From assembly GCA_030747485.1 (NCBI GenBank), contig JASLKP010000003.1, positions 20,309 to 84,308 of the forward strand: DNA of 64,000 nt, in the 5' to 3' direction. How positions within the stretch are numbered: the first letter of the stretch is position 1; each line of letters opens with the position of its first letter. Both the position numbers and the translations under genes were made by a program. The notes under the pieces were generated by a model. That model saw only the letters and a list, made by a program, of their open reading frames with translations, was not told the origin of the DNA and did no database searches. Below, one piece after another: positions 49,001 through 55,700 of the stretch. The DNA comes from Candidatus Thalassarchaeaceae archaeon (GTDB lineage Archaea; Thermoplasmatota; Poseidoniia; Poseidoniales; Thalassarchaeaceae).

Positions 49001-50098
49001 TACCGTTCGTAATGTAGAACCCGTGCCTGCAGAACTGAGATTGAATGATCGTTGTAATGCAGCAGATGCACCATTAGAATATCCACACGTGCTCGCTGAA
49101 GAGGTATAGCAGCCATGTAGCCAATAATTCGAAGCCCCACCCACATTGGTGATTGACAAATCATCGATGAACCATCCTGGCATCCCTGAACTATTGGCGG
49201 TGGTATGAATGTTGAATCTAAATGTAATCTGAGTCGAGGAATTAATCGAGGTTATATTGTCAAGATTGAACGTCTCTTGGACCCATCCTGTTTCGGTTGA
49301 ATCCGACCAAGCAGGGAAGGTGCTACTTCCAGAAGGTGTACCAGCAGGTGTACTTCCAGCATTCATTGTCACATTGGCATTGTATCCCCCGACTGGTTCA
49401 ATCCAAGTCCATGCACCATTGTCAAGTTTGTATTCGACCCATACCGCATCACCTGCTGCAGCATCGGTATGTCGCCAATTCCACATTGTGAAATTGAAAT
49501 GATTGATTGGAGAAGGGAGTGTTGTTGGTGCTGATACGAGGGTTGCGTCTTCACCGGCTGGCACTGGTTGGCCGGCTAACGTTGCTGCCACTGTGGAACC
49601 ACTGTGGGCTGCTGCAGGGATATTCCCATGACTCAATTGCCGCACATTACCAACTGTAGAGCCGTTGATAGTAGCGGGGATTGAGGGTTCCCAAATCGAA
49701 GAATTGCCAGATTCGGACCAGCCACTAGCAAAATTGAGGGTGACCTGTCCAAGGAATGAGTCAATGTTGCTTACAGCCGCATCTGGTAAGAGGGAAAGTC
49801 GACCATCGAAATGTCCCATTGTCGTATCAGTGAACTGCCCAACTGAGAAATTGTGAGATGTATCGACTCTCCATTCTGATCCATTTCCAGCATGAATCAT
49901 TTCGTTCTCAACGGTCATCCAACTATCAAGAATCGTCGCATTACCTGGTACATTCCAGCCATCAACGGATACATCTTGGCCGCTAGATGAAATTTTATTG
50001 GGGCCAATCCATTGACTCGTATCCGCTGATGCCCAAGGGACTGTCAGCATCATGAATGTGAGAATAAACCCAAGTGCTGCCTTTCGATTGATTGCCAC
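43070..50098 (-). CDS. Giant cell-surface protein (2342 aa): signal peptide, three MAM/choice-of-anchor-J-like domains, many beta-rich modules, TM helix, ~280-aa cytoplasmic tail with 2 EF-hand loops and a SAP-like end
   Basis: 7-kb uninterrupted ORF with a GTG start preceded by GGAG. The signal is MAINRKAALGFILTFMMLTVPWASA. A recurring motif is TFRFNIHTTANSSGMPGWFIDDLSITNV / VWFRFSFESDSIVNYDGWYLDDIGLEVD. The TM helix is ILLVSVIGLLVMVVLILLVIVI followed by RRP. The tail is described in the findings. Confidence 0.9.
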   Translation of the reverse strand: MAINRKAALGFILTFMMLTVPWASADTSQWIGPNKISSSGQDVSVDGWNVPGNATILDSWMTVENEMIHAGNGSEWRVDTSHNFSVGQFTDTTMGHFDGRLSLLPDAAVSNIDSFLGQVTLNFASGWSESGNSSIWEPSIPATINGSTVGNVRQLSHGNIPAAAHSGSTVAATLAGQPVPAGEDATLVSAPTTLPSPINHFNFTMWNWRHTDAAAGDAVWVEYKLDNGAWTWIEPVGGYNANVTMNAGSTPAGTPSGSSTFPAWSDSTETGWVQETFNLDNITSINSSTQITFRFNIHTTANSSGMPGWFIDDLSITNVGGASNYWLHGCYTSSASTCGYSNGASAALQRSFNLSSAGTGSTLRTVLEWDLEGSYYDNFWVEMSTNNATWTDLTGTGTNGVPYTGYSVGGTTYTGETGGFITMDLAIPSTFQGQNTVYLRYRVQTDSSVTYGYPMDNLEGLILDSISVLDGSGNLVVSDPLNSQSTMFHYAITTGGVQGADDWQYISIGAGALSLSDGFENSAAGAPGGHPTGWSSTGDWDFGPISSTASVGATSFTTAPFGFGINLGGSYSGSNWDHLYTPPYSIPSGASARLTFNHWMCAESNYDGGAVFISTDNQTWTHFDPGNNWYDATGLPFNGAANLAGVGIFDGRNAVPAGGFGCQGPHNVWNTKTGDLTAYSGQTVWFRFSFESDSIVNYDGWYLDDIGLEVDYFLADGDWVSDIVQMDEVGLGIIDIDGTIPDNTWATGTVLDAAGNQINGFENLSFPISLHGLDRASYLGGIRVKISMGTDDPFLTPLIEAVHVGSVRLLDARGTGNGWDVHPSLDLWESNLTNNGSAVLQINAPFVHSSRPITGVDFTGTGSQVTLRIVDAAGNVIGTSGLTGSIQFPQPQPGFGVRIEVNPGGHISSLWSEGDFGQPAENPTADVTNDGTVDWSFPMGASYGLHGWQQYIHEAADGTISTAQNRQTTSDLNLYASQVETVSVLIPEDAIVTSGAVSIYCGGCGAPVDLSIGSSTTSSFGSGLNTISLNPSQIAYINMISSQSGLQTDRDWRVVEFNMSSNLSVGGIAQIGEVTAITLGYSISENLTGLTQQMIDYHGLATVGGNVASVDIPVTYNANRGAVIIGGGIYHELMITNYPFTSPGTMYPDSQVIEIKTRHRHLYDNNEISKIALGGMASDGTSIVFEVNDPANTAIFTQTSGSNQLPMELDCTVNDVNGILEVTWRFQVSWTWDDVASITWSALAYNQSGLGIAPATAQTGGQGSQAIENDLEISGFLVHNEAGFDVSNQFSPDYPYHMRSGDDVTVSGHVRFQNTVAHRPMQSDFAMLVNLSGQELPLIVDGNGTYSGTITLPNGDNNTLSPSIGRVGPVTGATGANDTTISSPMVTILIDDEAPVAESFEVSTSVGLLDANGYVWDPISPLTVHITVSDAQDRDDVAILHYWREGIDDSNDDGFAQASEYQSMSESLFSLRSGSQQISFNGIQVAANGFNGKVSLWLEGTDWAGNSYQDGGTGGGPGLGNDWATLQTAQNTETVLLNTGFSIDTINQHLLAGQHHTISMTIQDANGVETLDDIGIYLAGQSYAPLGEFHYDPRQETLSEVPGSHVTPHGVVVTVLSEDTSRIDLTFSLDWDTPATQSYRVPGVTVTDDMQIVSNVNNLNDLRWKIDNELIAVVTDLVDLTPPVSQGTNTQIHVKQGDEISIDGVIQYGSTGTPLTVPSDNLSIRTQILYGSTVLERVVSVQQGGTFSAALVLPARAPLHSEMPIELTVLNVPGLGTTVPNTNTTIVVDSTTPEVVFDPYRFPTTSLAYLESDRLNPVSLDILIFEEGGFPTTPLTMEWQFLRNGVPRLGVGGSGTLEFVEIVEDSYHYTGTFDLMPTDGQRLDDGDQIIIWFSGEDLAGNPLSGEGTEQSPRVPTLAIIEFVPILTNWEISPNPPDFGAMVSVEVGFSNEGLRGGQINVSLVERLGDIWHIVTENKTLSLNPMQSNVTAEFEWEAWQEGPTSLYIIIDGDESNRIEVPMSDVQPLASGSGFESGTILLVSVIGLLVMVVLILLVIVIRRPSGVADDEYDGDFDDDWEDEPSGHRLDFENETLWNTLARHGIHDKPGFLEHAYGYDCDNDGFLDADELDRAAADFTGMLAKSTVAVEKECPLDYNDETVAHVISQHGILDRDAFLDYARDFDTDGNGYLKQSELDQAASQFVDSGLNQSPEPGPADPRAIAIAEVKAALPDWAEKRIIAWMDKGWSATQIIQHHAPASPPPAPTGFGDGFEESTTDDVQDSEIEAAPEVDGEIEPVVEVDIEPIPSEAKLKRLKKAELVELAEQRNIDSSGTKGEIISRLLE

Positions 50099-50126
50099 GT
50101 CGCCGACTCCTACGGAGTCTGGCGAC
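50099..50126 (-). promoter_or_regulatory. 12-bp hairpin sequestering the Shine-Dalgarno of the 2342-aa gene
   Basis: The mRNA-sense sequence is GUCGCCAGACUCC-GUA-GGAGUCGGCGAC followed directly by the GUG start. There are 12 base pairs with one bulged base, and the GGAG SD lies in the 3-prime arm. Confidence 0.45.
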
Positions 50127-50181
50127 CGTTAGACGTTAGAAAGACCTTCGGAAACGTTGCACAGTCAATGTATCAGGGAAA

Positions 50182-50256
50182 TGGAGCCACTGGCGAGATT
50201 TGAACTCGCGACCTGCGCCTTACCAAGGCGCCGCTATACCCCTAAGCCACAGTGGC
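50182..50256 (-). tRNA. tRNA-Thr (anticodon GGU), CCA encoded
   Basis: Hand-folded cloverleaf: acceptor GCCACTG/CAGTGGC, D-arm GCT-...-AGC, anticodon stem GCGCC/GGCGC with loop TTGGTAA, variable AGGTC, T-arm GCGAG-TTCAAAT-CTCGC, discriminator T, then CCA. Confidence 0.9.
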
Positions 50257-50282
50257 AGGCAAGGTGGCGACAAACGCCCTCG

Positions 50283-50288
50283 ATTTAA
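50283..50288 (-). promoter_or_regulatory. TATA-like TTAAAT ~27-32 nt upstream of tRNA-Thr
   Basis: The plus strand reads ATTTAA (minus strand TTAAAT), at the canonical archaeal distance from the mature 5-prime end at 50256. Confidence 0.4.
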
Positions 50289-50371
50289 CCGTGGCGCAAT
50301 ACGAAATGATGGCAATCTGATGATGGTCGTGCCATCATGCTCATATCCGAAAGGTTGCACGCCAGAACGCT

Positions 50372-50454
50372 GCCGAGATCGCATAGCCTGGTATCGCGCA
50401 TGACTGGAAATCATGTGGGTTCTACCCGCGGGAGTTCAAATCTCCCTCTCGGCG
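50372..50454 (+). tRNA. tRNA-Ser (anticodon GGA), class II with long variable arm, no encoded CCA
   Basis: Acceptor GCCGAGA/TCTCGGC, D-loop AGCCTGGTA, anticodon stem CATGA/TCATG with loop CTGGAAA, 14-nt variable arm TGGGTTCTACCCGC, T-arm GGGAG-TTCAAAT-CTCCC, discriminator G. The D-stem pairs weakly in my hand fold (2-3 bp). Confidence 0.85.
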
Positions 50455-50532
50455 CCTTACAATTTCGAAAAAAGGATATTCTAGCCTACGGCTAGAGGGA
50501 TGGAGTCTTAATGCGTGCCTGACGCACGGAAC

Positions 50533-51723
50533 ATGATGGCAGAGGACGCGGCCGACGAGGAGGAGGTCGACGAAGGCTTGATCTTCCATGAAGGAATGCG
50601 CCTCACTGAGATGAAAACAGCACAGAATCTTTCCATTGAATACCCCAAACTTGAGCCATTACACCATATCAAAGTAGAATTGCTATTTCATTACTATAAA
50701 ATCAAAACGACATGGGTAAACAGCCATTGGATTACTCTGGGAATAGGTTGCTTTGCAGTGCTGATTTCAGGTTGGGACCTTGGGATCGGAGAATTAGCCA
50801 GCGGTGGAGAGTTTATGGCAAGTGGAATTAATCCAAATAATCCAAATTCAGGAATTCGCAACGTCAGTGATGTAGCGATTGCACTATCACTAATCACAAT
50901 CGGCCTATGGCTGATTCTATTACTACGCCTGTGGTCCACATTTCCATTGATGAGATCACAAGCAATTAGCCTATATGTGGCACTATTCGCTGCCCAAGTT
51001 AGTCAATATCTGGCACATGCTGAAGATCCATATTTCCCTGGTGGATTGGAATCATTCGCCTTCGCAATCACTGCAGTAGGATTGATTGTCGTTAGTTTCG
51101 TAGGATTCATCTTACAACGTGCAGTGATTGAAACTCGTGATGTCCACGTCGAAGAACGGCACTGGCACCCTGATCCACGGCAAATGGAATTGGCACATAG
51201 AGATCATTCACTCTTTGCTTGGGGTGCAGCAATGGTCGTATATTGTGCATTAATCATCATCTACTCCTGGTCTGGAGCCCACTACGTAGCCATTAGACAA
51301 CCCGATGAGGTCGGAGGATGGTGGCTTTTGAAACTCATCTATTTCCTATCTGGATTCGCAATAATTTGGTTAATGATACACATATTATGGTACCCTCAAA
51401 TCATGTTGGGTTCTGGTGAAATGAGAATTGAATCAGACCGAGCTAGGCAAGTGAGTCGGAAAAGTTCGAAAGGTACGGGAAGTGATTCTGCAACACCCAC
51501 CCGCACCGGAAAATGCCCCAGTTGTGGAGATGCTACATCGATTGTGGGCCTTGCAGATGGAGCCATTGAAACGCCATGCACCATTGAGGGATGTAATGGA
51601 GCAGGGCCCCCTGGTGAAAAATGCCCATCCTGTGGGGAAAGAATATCCTCACGGGTGATTTGCAATTCATGTCACACCAGCGCACCAGCCTCAGACCATT
51701 TCACAGATGATGAAGCGTGGTGA
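50533..51723 (+). CDS. Polytopic membrane protein with C-terminal double zinc-ribbon
   Basis: Acidic N-terminus, about 7 hydrophobic helices, then GKCPSCGDATS...PCTIEGCNG...GEKCPSCGERISSRVICNSCH. The track start 50515 is GTG, and ATG 50533 is used here. Confidence 0.7.
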   Translation: MMAEDAADEEEVDEGLIFHEGMRLTEMKTAQNLSIEYPKLEPLHHIKVELLFHYYKIKTTWVNSHWITLGIGCFAVLISGWDLGIGELASGGEFMASGINPNNPNSGIRNVSDVAIALSLITIGLWLILLLRLWSTFPLMRSQAISLYVALFAAQVSQYLAHAEDPYFPGGLESFAFAITAVGLIVVSFVGFILQRAVIETRDVHVEERHWHPDPRQMELAHRDHSLFAWGAAMVVYCALIIIYSWSGAHYVAIRQPDEVGGWWLLKLIYFLSGFAIIWLMIHILWYPQIMLGSGEMRIESDRARQVSRKSSKGTGSDSATPTRTGKCPSCGDATSIVGLADGAIETPCTIEGCNGAGPPGEKCPSCGERISSRVICNSCHTSAPASDHFTDDEAW

Positions 51724-51727
51724 TTAC

Positions 51728-52954
51728 ATGGATGTTGCAAGTTTCCGCACGCATTTCCCTCCATTGATGGATGAAGATGCTCCAGTTTATCTTGACAATG
51801 CTTGCATGACTCTTCGACCGACTCAGGTCATCGATGCAATTCAAGGATATTATGCAACCAATCCATCATGCGCTGGACGCTCTGTACATCGATGGGGGAT
51901 GTCAATCTCACAAATGGTTTCTAGGACAAGAAGAAAGTTGGCAAATCATATTGGTTCAAGTAAAGCAAATGAGGTGATTTTTACATCAAATGCGACCCAT
52001 TCAATGAACCAGATTGCAGCAGGATTCCCTTGGCAATCAGGCGACATTGTTCTGACCAGTGACCGTGAACATAATTCCAACCTCGTTCCGTGGCTACAAG
52101 CTTCAAAACGCCATGGAATCGTTCATCGTTCTGTGCCGAGTCATGTGGATAATTCCTTTGATCTCGAGGGTTTTGAAAACGCGTGTGCAGATGCTGGGAA
52201 AAATCTGAAATTGGTATCTCTTGTACATGTTGGCAATTTAGACGGTGTGCAAATTCCAGTTACGGAGGCTACAAAAATCGCCCATGATTTTGGTGCAATC
52301 GTACATATCGATGGAGCTCAATCAGCACCTCACATCCCTATTAATGTGGAATCACTAGGATGTGATTTATTTTCATTTAGTCTTCACAAAATGATGGGTC
52401 CAACGGGTGTAGGCGCATTGTGGGGCAAAGAGGATGTGCTGCAACAATTGGAACCAATTCTAGCTGGTGGTGGCACTGTGAGTTCTGCCAATTCTGAGTC
52501 ATATACATTACGCGACATCCCTGAACGTCTAGAAGGTGGTTTGGGTCATTATGCAGGCATATGTGGCACTGAAGCGGCATTGGATTTGTTAGCAGAGTAT
52601 AATATGGCAGATTTTGAACAACAAGAAATCCGAATCAATCGCATCATGACAGATGGAATAAAACATCTACAGGGAGTCGAAATTATTGGCCCCGAGGACC
52701 CGAATAAAAGAGGAGGGATATGTTCAATACTTCTTGAAGAATTAGATGTGCAAAATGTTGGCATACTCATGGATGAAGTCAATTCAGTTTTCGTTCGTTC
52801 AGGATTACACTGTGTCAATCAATGGTTTGATTCTCATGGTATTGAGCAAGGCAGCCTTCGAGCATCTGCATACGCCTACAATTCTGAAGAAGAAGCACGA
52901 TGTTTTGCAGATACATTTTGTGAAATAGTTGAGAGCCTTTCAGGGGGGGACTGA
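51728..52954 (+). CDS. Cysteine desulfurase / class-V aminotransferase (SufS/CsdA-like)
   Basis: PLP-lysine motif SFSLHKMMGPTG, HIDGAQS, and active-site Cys loop RSGLHCV. ATG 51728 is preceded by GGTGA. The track start 51707 overlaps the upstream gene. Confidence 0.85.
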   Translation: MDVASFRTHFPPLMDEDAPVYLDNACMTLRPTQVIDAIQGYYATNPSCAGRSVHRWGMSISQMVSRTRRKLANHIGSSKANEVIFTSNATHSMNQIAAGFPWQSGDIVLTSDREHNSNLVPWLQASKRHGIVHRSVPSHVDNSFDLEGFENACADAGKNLKLVSLVHVGNLDGVQIPVTEATKIAHDFGAIVHIDGAQSAPHIPINVESLGCDLFSFSLHKMMGPTGVGALWGKEDVLQQLEPILAGGGTVSSANSESYTLRDIPERLEGGLGHYAGICGTEAALDLLAEYNMADFEQQEIRINRIMTDGIKHLQGVEIIGPEDPNKRGGICSILLEELDVQNVGILMDEVNSVFVRSGLHCVNQWFDSHGIEQGSLRASAYAYNSEEEARCFADTFCEIVESLSGGD

Positions 52955-52955
52955 T

Positions 52956-54140
52956 GTGACTAGTGTAGACGGAATACTCGACGAAGTCAATTGGAACGAG
53001 TTGGAAATGCCCATCGCACCTGTATCTGCACCCCCGAGGAGATTCTACAGTGAATGGCCATTGGAACGGATGATTCGCGGCGGCATGTCATTTGCTCTTT
53101 TTGCCGTAGCATTACTACTTCTTGTTTGGGCAGTAGGTGTATTCAAAGAAGGCTTATTTGAGATTGAAGACCCAGCATTGAAAGGTCGTCACAATGATTT
53201 CATGCAGATTACCGGATTTGACAATGTGACCACAAATGGAGATGGCGTTGCAGTTTGTATTGTTGATTCAGGGATCGATTTATCTCACCCAGATCTAAAT
53301 CACTTGGTCCTGAGTGGATGGAGAGATTTCATCAATCAACGTGACACCCCATACGATGACGAGGGACATGGTACTGCAATGTCTGGAATCCTTGTCGCCA
53401 ATAATCACCTTCATGGAATTGCAAAAGGCATTCACCTCTATGTTGCCAAGGCCATATCCCAAACAGGTTCTGGAACGGATGAAGGAATTGCCAATGCTGT
53501 CGATTGGTGTATTGAACAAAGTGTAGATATCATTTCGTTAAGTCTAGGGGGTGCACAAGGTATCGATTTTGTCCTCATACAAACCGATCAATTGGAAGCG
53601 GCAGTAGACCGCGCACTAGATGATGGGATATTTGTGGTCGCTGCTGCTGGAAATGATGGAGGTAGTGATGATGATGGTGATGTTGCTAGCCCAGGTAGCG
53701 TTGAGGATGTCATCTGCGTAGGTGCCATCGATATAGATGGTGACATCTGGAGTAATTCATCGATTGGCGATAATGGATTCAACCCCCCTGAAAATTGGTT
53801 CCCAAGAAGTGATCCGGACAAGAAACCTGAACTTGTCGCACCCGGAGAAAAACTCCCAGTGTTAAATGCCCAAATTGGTGACACTACTGCATTGTATGCA
53901 TGGGGTTCAGGAACGAGTGGTGCAACAGTTTGGGTCACTGCTGCCATTGCACACATGCTTGAACATAGACCCGACTTACAACACGATGGAGCTGCAGGTG
54001 GAAGAAGTACGATTGAAGATGTAAAGGGATGGATTCAAGAATCGACTGTACACATTCCGGGCCATAGTGGCCATGACGAATATTACGGATATGGTCGATT
54101 GCAGGTTGATGCGTTAATTACACAATCTGGTCAGGCCTGA
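52956..54140 (+). CDS. Subtilisin-like serine protease (S8), N-terminally membrane-anchored
   Basis: Catalytic triad regions VAVCIVDSGIDLSHPDL (Asp), HGTAMSGI (His) and GTSGATVWVTAAIA (Ser). The TM helix is FALFAVALLLLVWAVGVF. GTG 52956 follows the upstream stop directly, but the start is uncertain. Confidence 0.85.
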   Translation: MTSVDGILDEVNWNELEMPIAPVSAPPRRFYSEWPLERMIRGGMSFALFAVALLLLVWAVGVFKEGLFEIEDPALKGRHNDFMQITGFDNVTTNGDGVAVCIVDSGIDLSHPDLNHLVLSGWRDFINQRDTPYDDEGHGTAMSGILVANNHLHGIAKGIHLYVAKAISQTGSGTDEGIANAVDWCIEQSVDIISLSLGGAQGIDFVLIQTDQLEAAVDRALDDGIFVVAAAGNDGGSDDDGDVASPGSVEDVICVGAIDIDGDIWSNSSIGDNGFNPPENWFPRSDPDKKPELVAPGEKLPVLNAQIGDTTALYAWGSGTSGATVWVTAAIAHMLEHRPDLQHDGAAGGRSTIEDVKGWIQESTVHIPGHSGHDEYYGYGRLQVDALITQSGQA

Positions 54141-54871
54141 ATAATCCCAACCAATGTGCCACCATGCATAGGCACGAATCCAATGGTGTGCGTATCACTG
54201 ATTTCAGAAATGAAACGTGTCCAATGATTGAATGCAACTACACGTGCCTGTTCAGGATTGATTGGCCCCTCTTCTGAAATCTCGCCAACGTCATCAACGG
54301 GAACTTCTGGTTCCATGGTTAAAATTAGACCACCAGGTGCCAAGGTACTCATCGCACTACGAATATTCTCAACTTGTCCTTTCCAGCCGACATCAACAAT
54401 GATCATTTCAAATGGTGAAAATAATGGAGGACGTGGGCGTGCTGCCAAATCCAGTGTAGAATGTGCGGCATTCCAAGTCATTTGGTCCGCACACAATGTC
54501 TGGAAATCACCAACAGTCACATGGGCCCACGATTCAGCATCATACCTTCGCACTAAGCGAGTGAGGATGACACCAAATTTACCACCCGATTCAACAAGAT
54601 GATGATGTGAGGGCGGTTCAGTACGGCTCCACAAATCCAGAAGCCATGCACTAAGGTGACCGATGCCTGCGCCAACTTCACAAATTCGGTCTGGTTTAAC
54701 ACGGGAAACAATGTCTCTAATTCGACGACGTAAACTAATTGGCATTGATGAAAGTTCCATGATTGACAATTGTGCACCGATTGCTGTCGCAATTTCAGGC
54801 TCTTCGCGAGGTTCATCCGGATTCTTCGACAATAACGCGGCGAGAGCATCCTCGACTGTGTTCAACTCCAC
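54131..54871 (-). CDS. Class I SAM-dependent methyltransferase (O-methyltransferase-like)
   Basis: SAM motif I ICEVGAGIGHLSAWL, a downstream acidic HHLVESGG, and IIVDVGWKG (motif IV-like). Confidence 0.75.
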   Translation of the reverse strand: MELNTVEDALAALLSKNPDEPREEPEIATAIGAQLSIMELSSMPISLRRRIRDIVSRVKPDRICEVGAGIGHLSAWLLDLWSRTEPPSHHHLVESGGKFGVILTRLVRRYDAESWAHVTVGDFQTLCADQMTWNAAHSTLDLAARPRPPLFSPFEMIIVDVGWKGQVENIRSAMSTLAPGGLILTMEPEVPVDDVGEISEEGPINPEQARVVAFNHWTRFISEISDTHTIGFVPMHGGTLVGIIQA

Positions 54872-54963
54872 AGTTCACGGGGAGAGTGAATGGATTATGA
54901 ACGCCTCGGCGAATGGATGGCGTGAAATACCCCCGCTTTGCCGGTTGAATTGGAGGGCAGCAT

Positions 54964-55698
54964 ATGACCGATGAGGATGCAATCGATGAACTGGGAAATA
55001 TGACCAGATGCCCCGGTTGTAATACACGACAACAACATTCCATTCTCAAAGAGAAAATTTTGAAGAATGATGCTGGCATTGATTATCTTCTCAAATGCGA
55101 AGGATGTGGGAATGTACATACAGTAATCTTCAGAACACCTAAATCCGTTAATGTCCGATTTACCTTATCAGACGGGCCAGATTCTCATCCATTCTCAATG
55201 GAAATTGATGATGATGAAGTGTTTGTCCTCAATGATGAATTTGAAGCCATGGATATGCTTTGGCGCATTACTAGATTGGAAGTTGAAGGTGACGATAAAC
55301 CGAGGTCCGTCGAAGCGAAATTTGTTGGAATGGTTTGGGCTACTCGTGTCGACCTCGTCAGAATTAAGCGGACATTTAGCGATGGGGATTTCTCATTTTC
55401 AGACACTATTGATTCAGATCCTGAAAATGTATTCAATTGTGGCACAACAGTTCACCACCGAGGGGAGATTTGGCGAATTCGTGCACTTCATTCTGGTACG
55501 GGGCGCACACTTACAGGTAAGATGAAAGCAAGAGATATTCGTCGTATTTTTCTTCTAAGACCACAAACAGAAGAAGAACTTGCAGAATATAAAAAACGAG
55601 AACGTGGCAATTGGAAAGGACAAGAATTCCCAGGAAGAGAAGAACATCAACAGAAATGGAGAGATGATGACCATCGTTTTCGTCAACAAGGTGAGTAG
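54964..55698 (+). CDS. Archaeal C4 zinc-ribbon protein (COG1326-like) with basic/acidic C-terminal tail
   Basis: The N-terminus RCPGCNTRQQHSIL...LKCEGCGNVHTV is a Cys4 ribbon, followed by a beta-rich body. GGAGGG SD lies upstream. The family assignment is from memory only. Confidence 0.65.
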   Translation: MTDEDAIDELGNMTRCPGCNTRQQHSILKEKILKNDAGIDYLLKCEGCGNVHTVIFRTPKSVNVRFTLSDGPDSHPFSMEIDDDEVFVLNDEFEAMDMLWRITRLEVEGDDKPRSVEAKFVGMVWATRVDLVRIKRTFSDGDFSFSDTIDSDPENVFNCGTTVHHRGEIWRIRALHSGTGRTLTGKMKARDIRRIFLLRPQTEEELAEYKKRERGNWKGQEFPGREEHQQKWRDDDHRFRQQGE

Positions 55699-55700
55699 CG

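Noticed and set aside
50290-50350. C/D-box sRNA-like sequence between the divergent tRNAs (ATGATGG...CTGA...TGATGG, plus hairpin ATGATGG-TCGTG-CCATCAT)
   Set aside because: The spacing does not fit an archaeal C/D guide: there are only 4 nt between the putative C box and D-prime, against about 12 expected. No proper terminal D box pairs with the C box. The TGATGG repeats are simply the arms of a 7-bp hairpin in the shared tRNA promoter spacer.
51661-51675. CNSCH, a formal CxxCH haem c attachment motif, in the 402-aa membrane protein
   Set aside because: It is the second half of a Cys4 zinc ribbon (CPSC...CNSC) on a predicted cytoplasmic tail, so the His is most likely coincidental.
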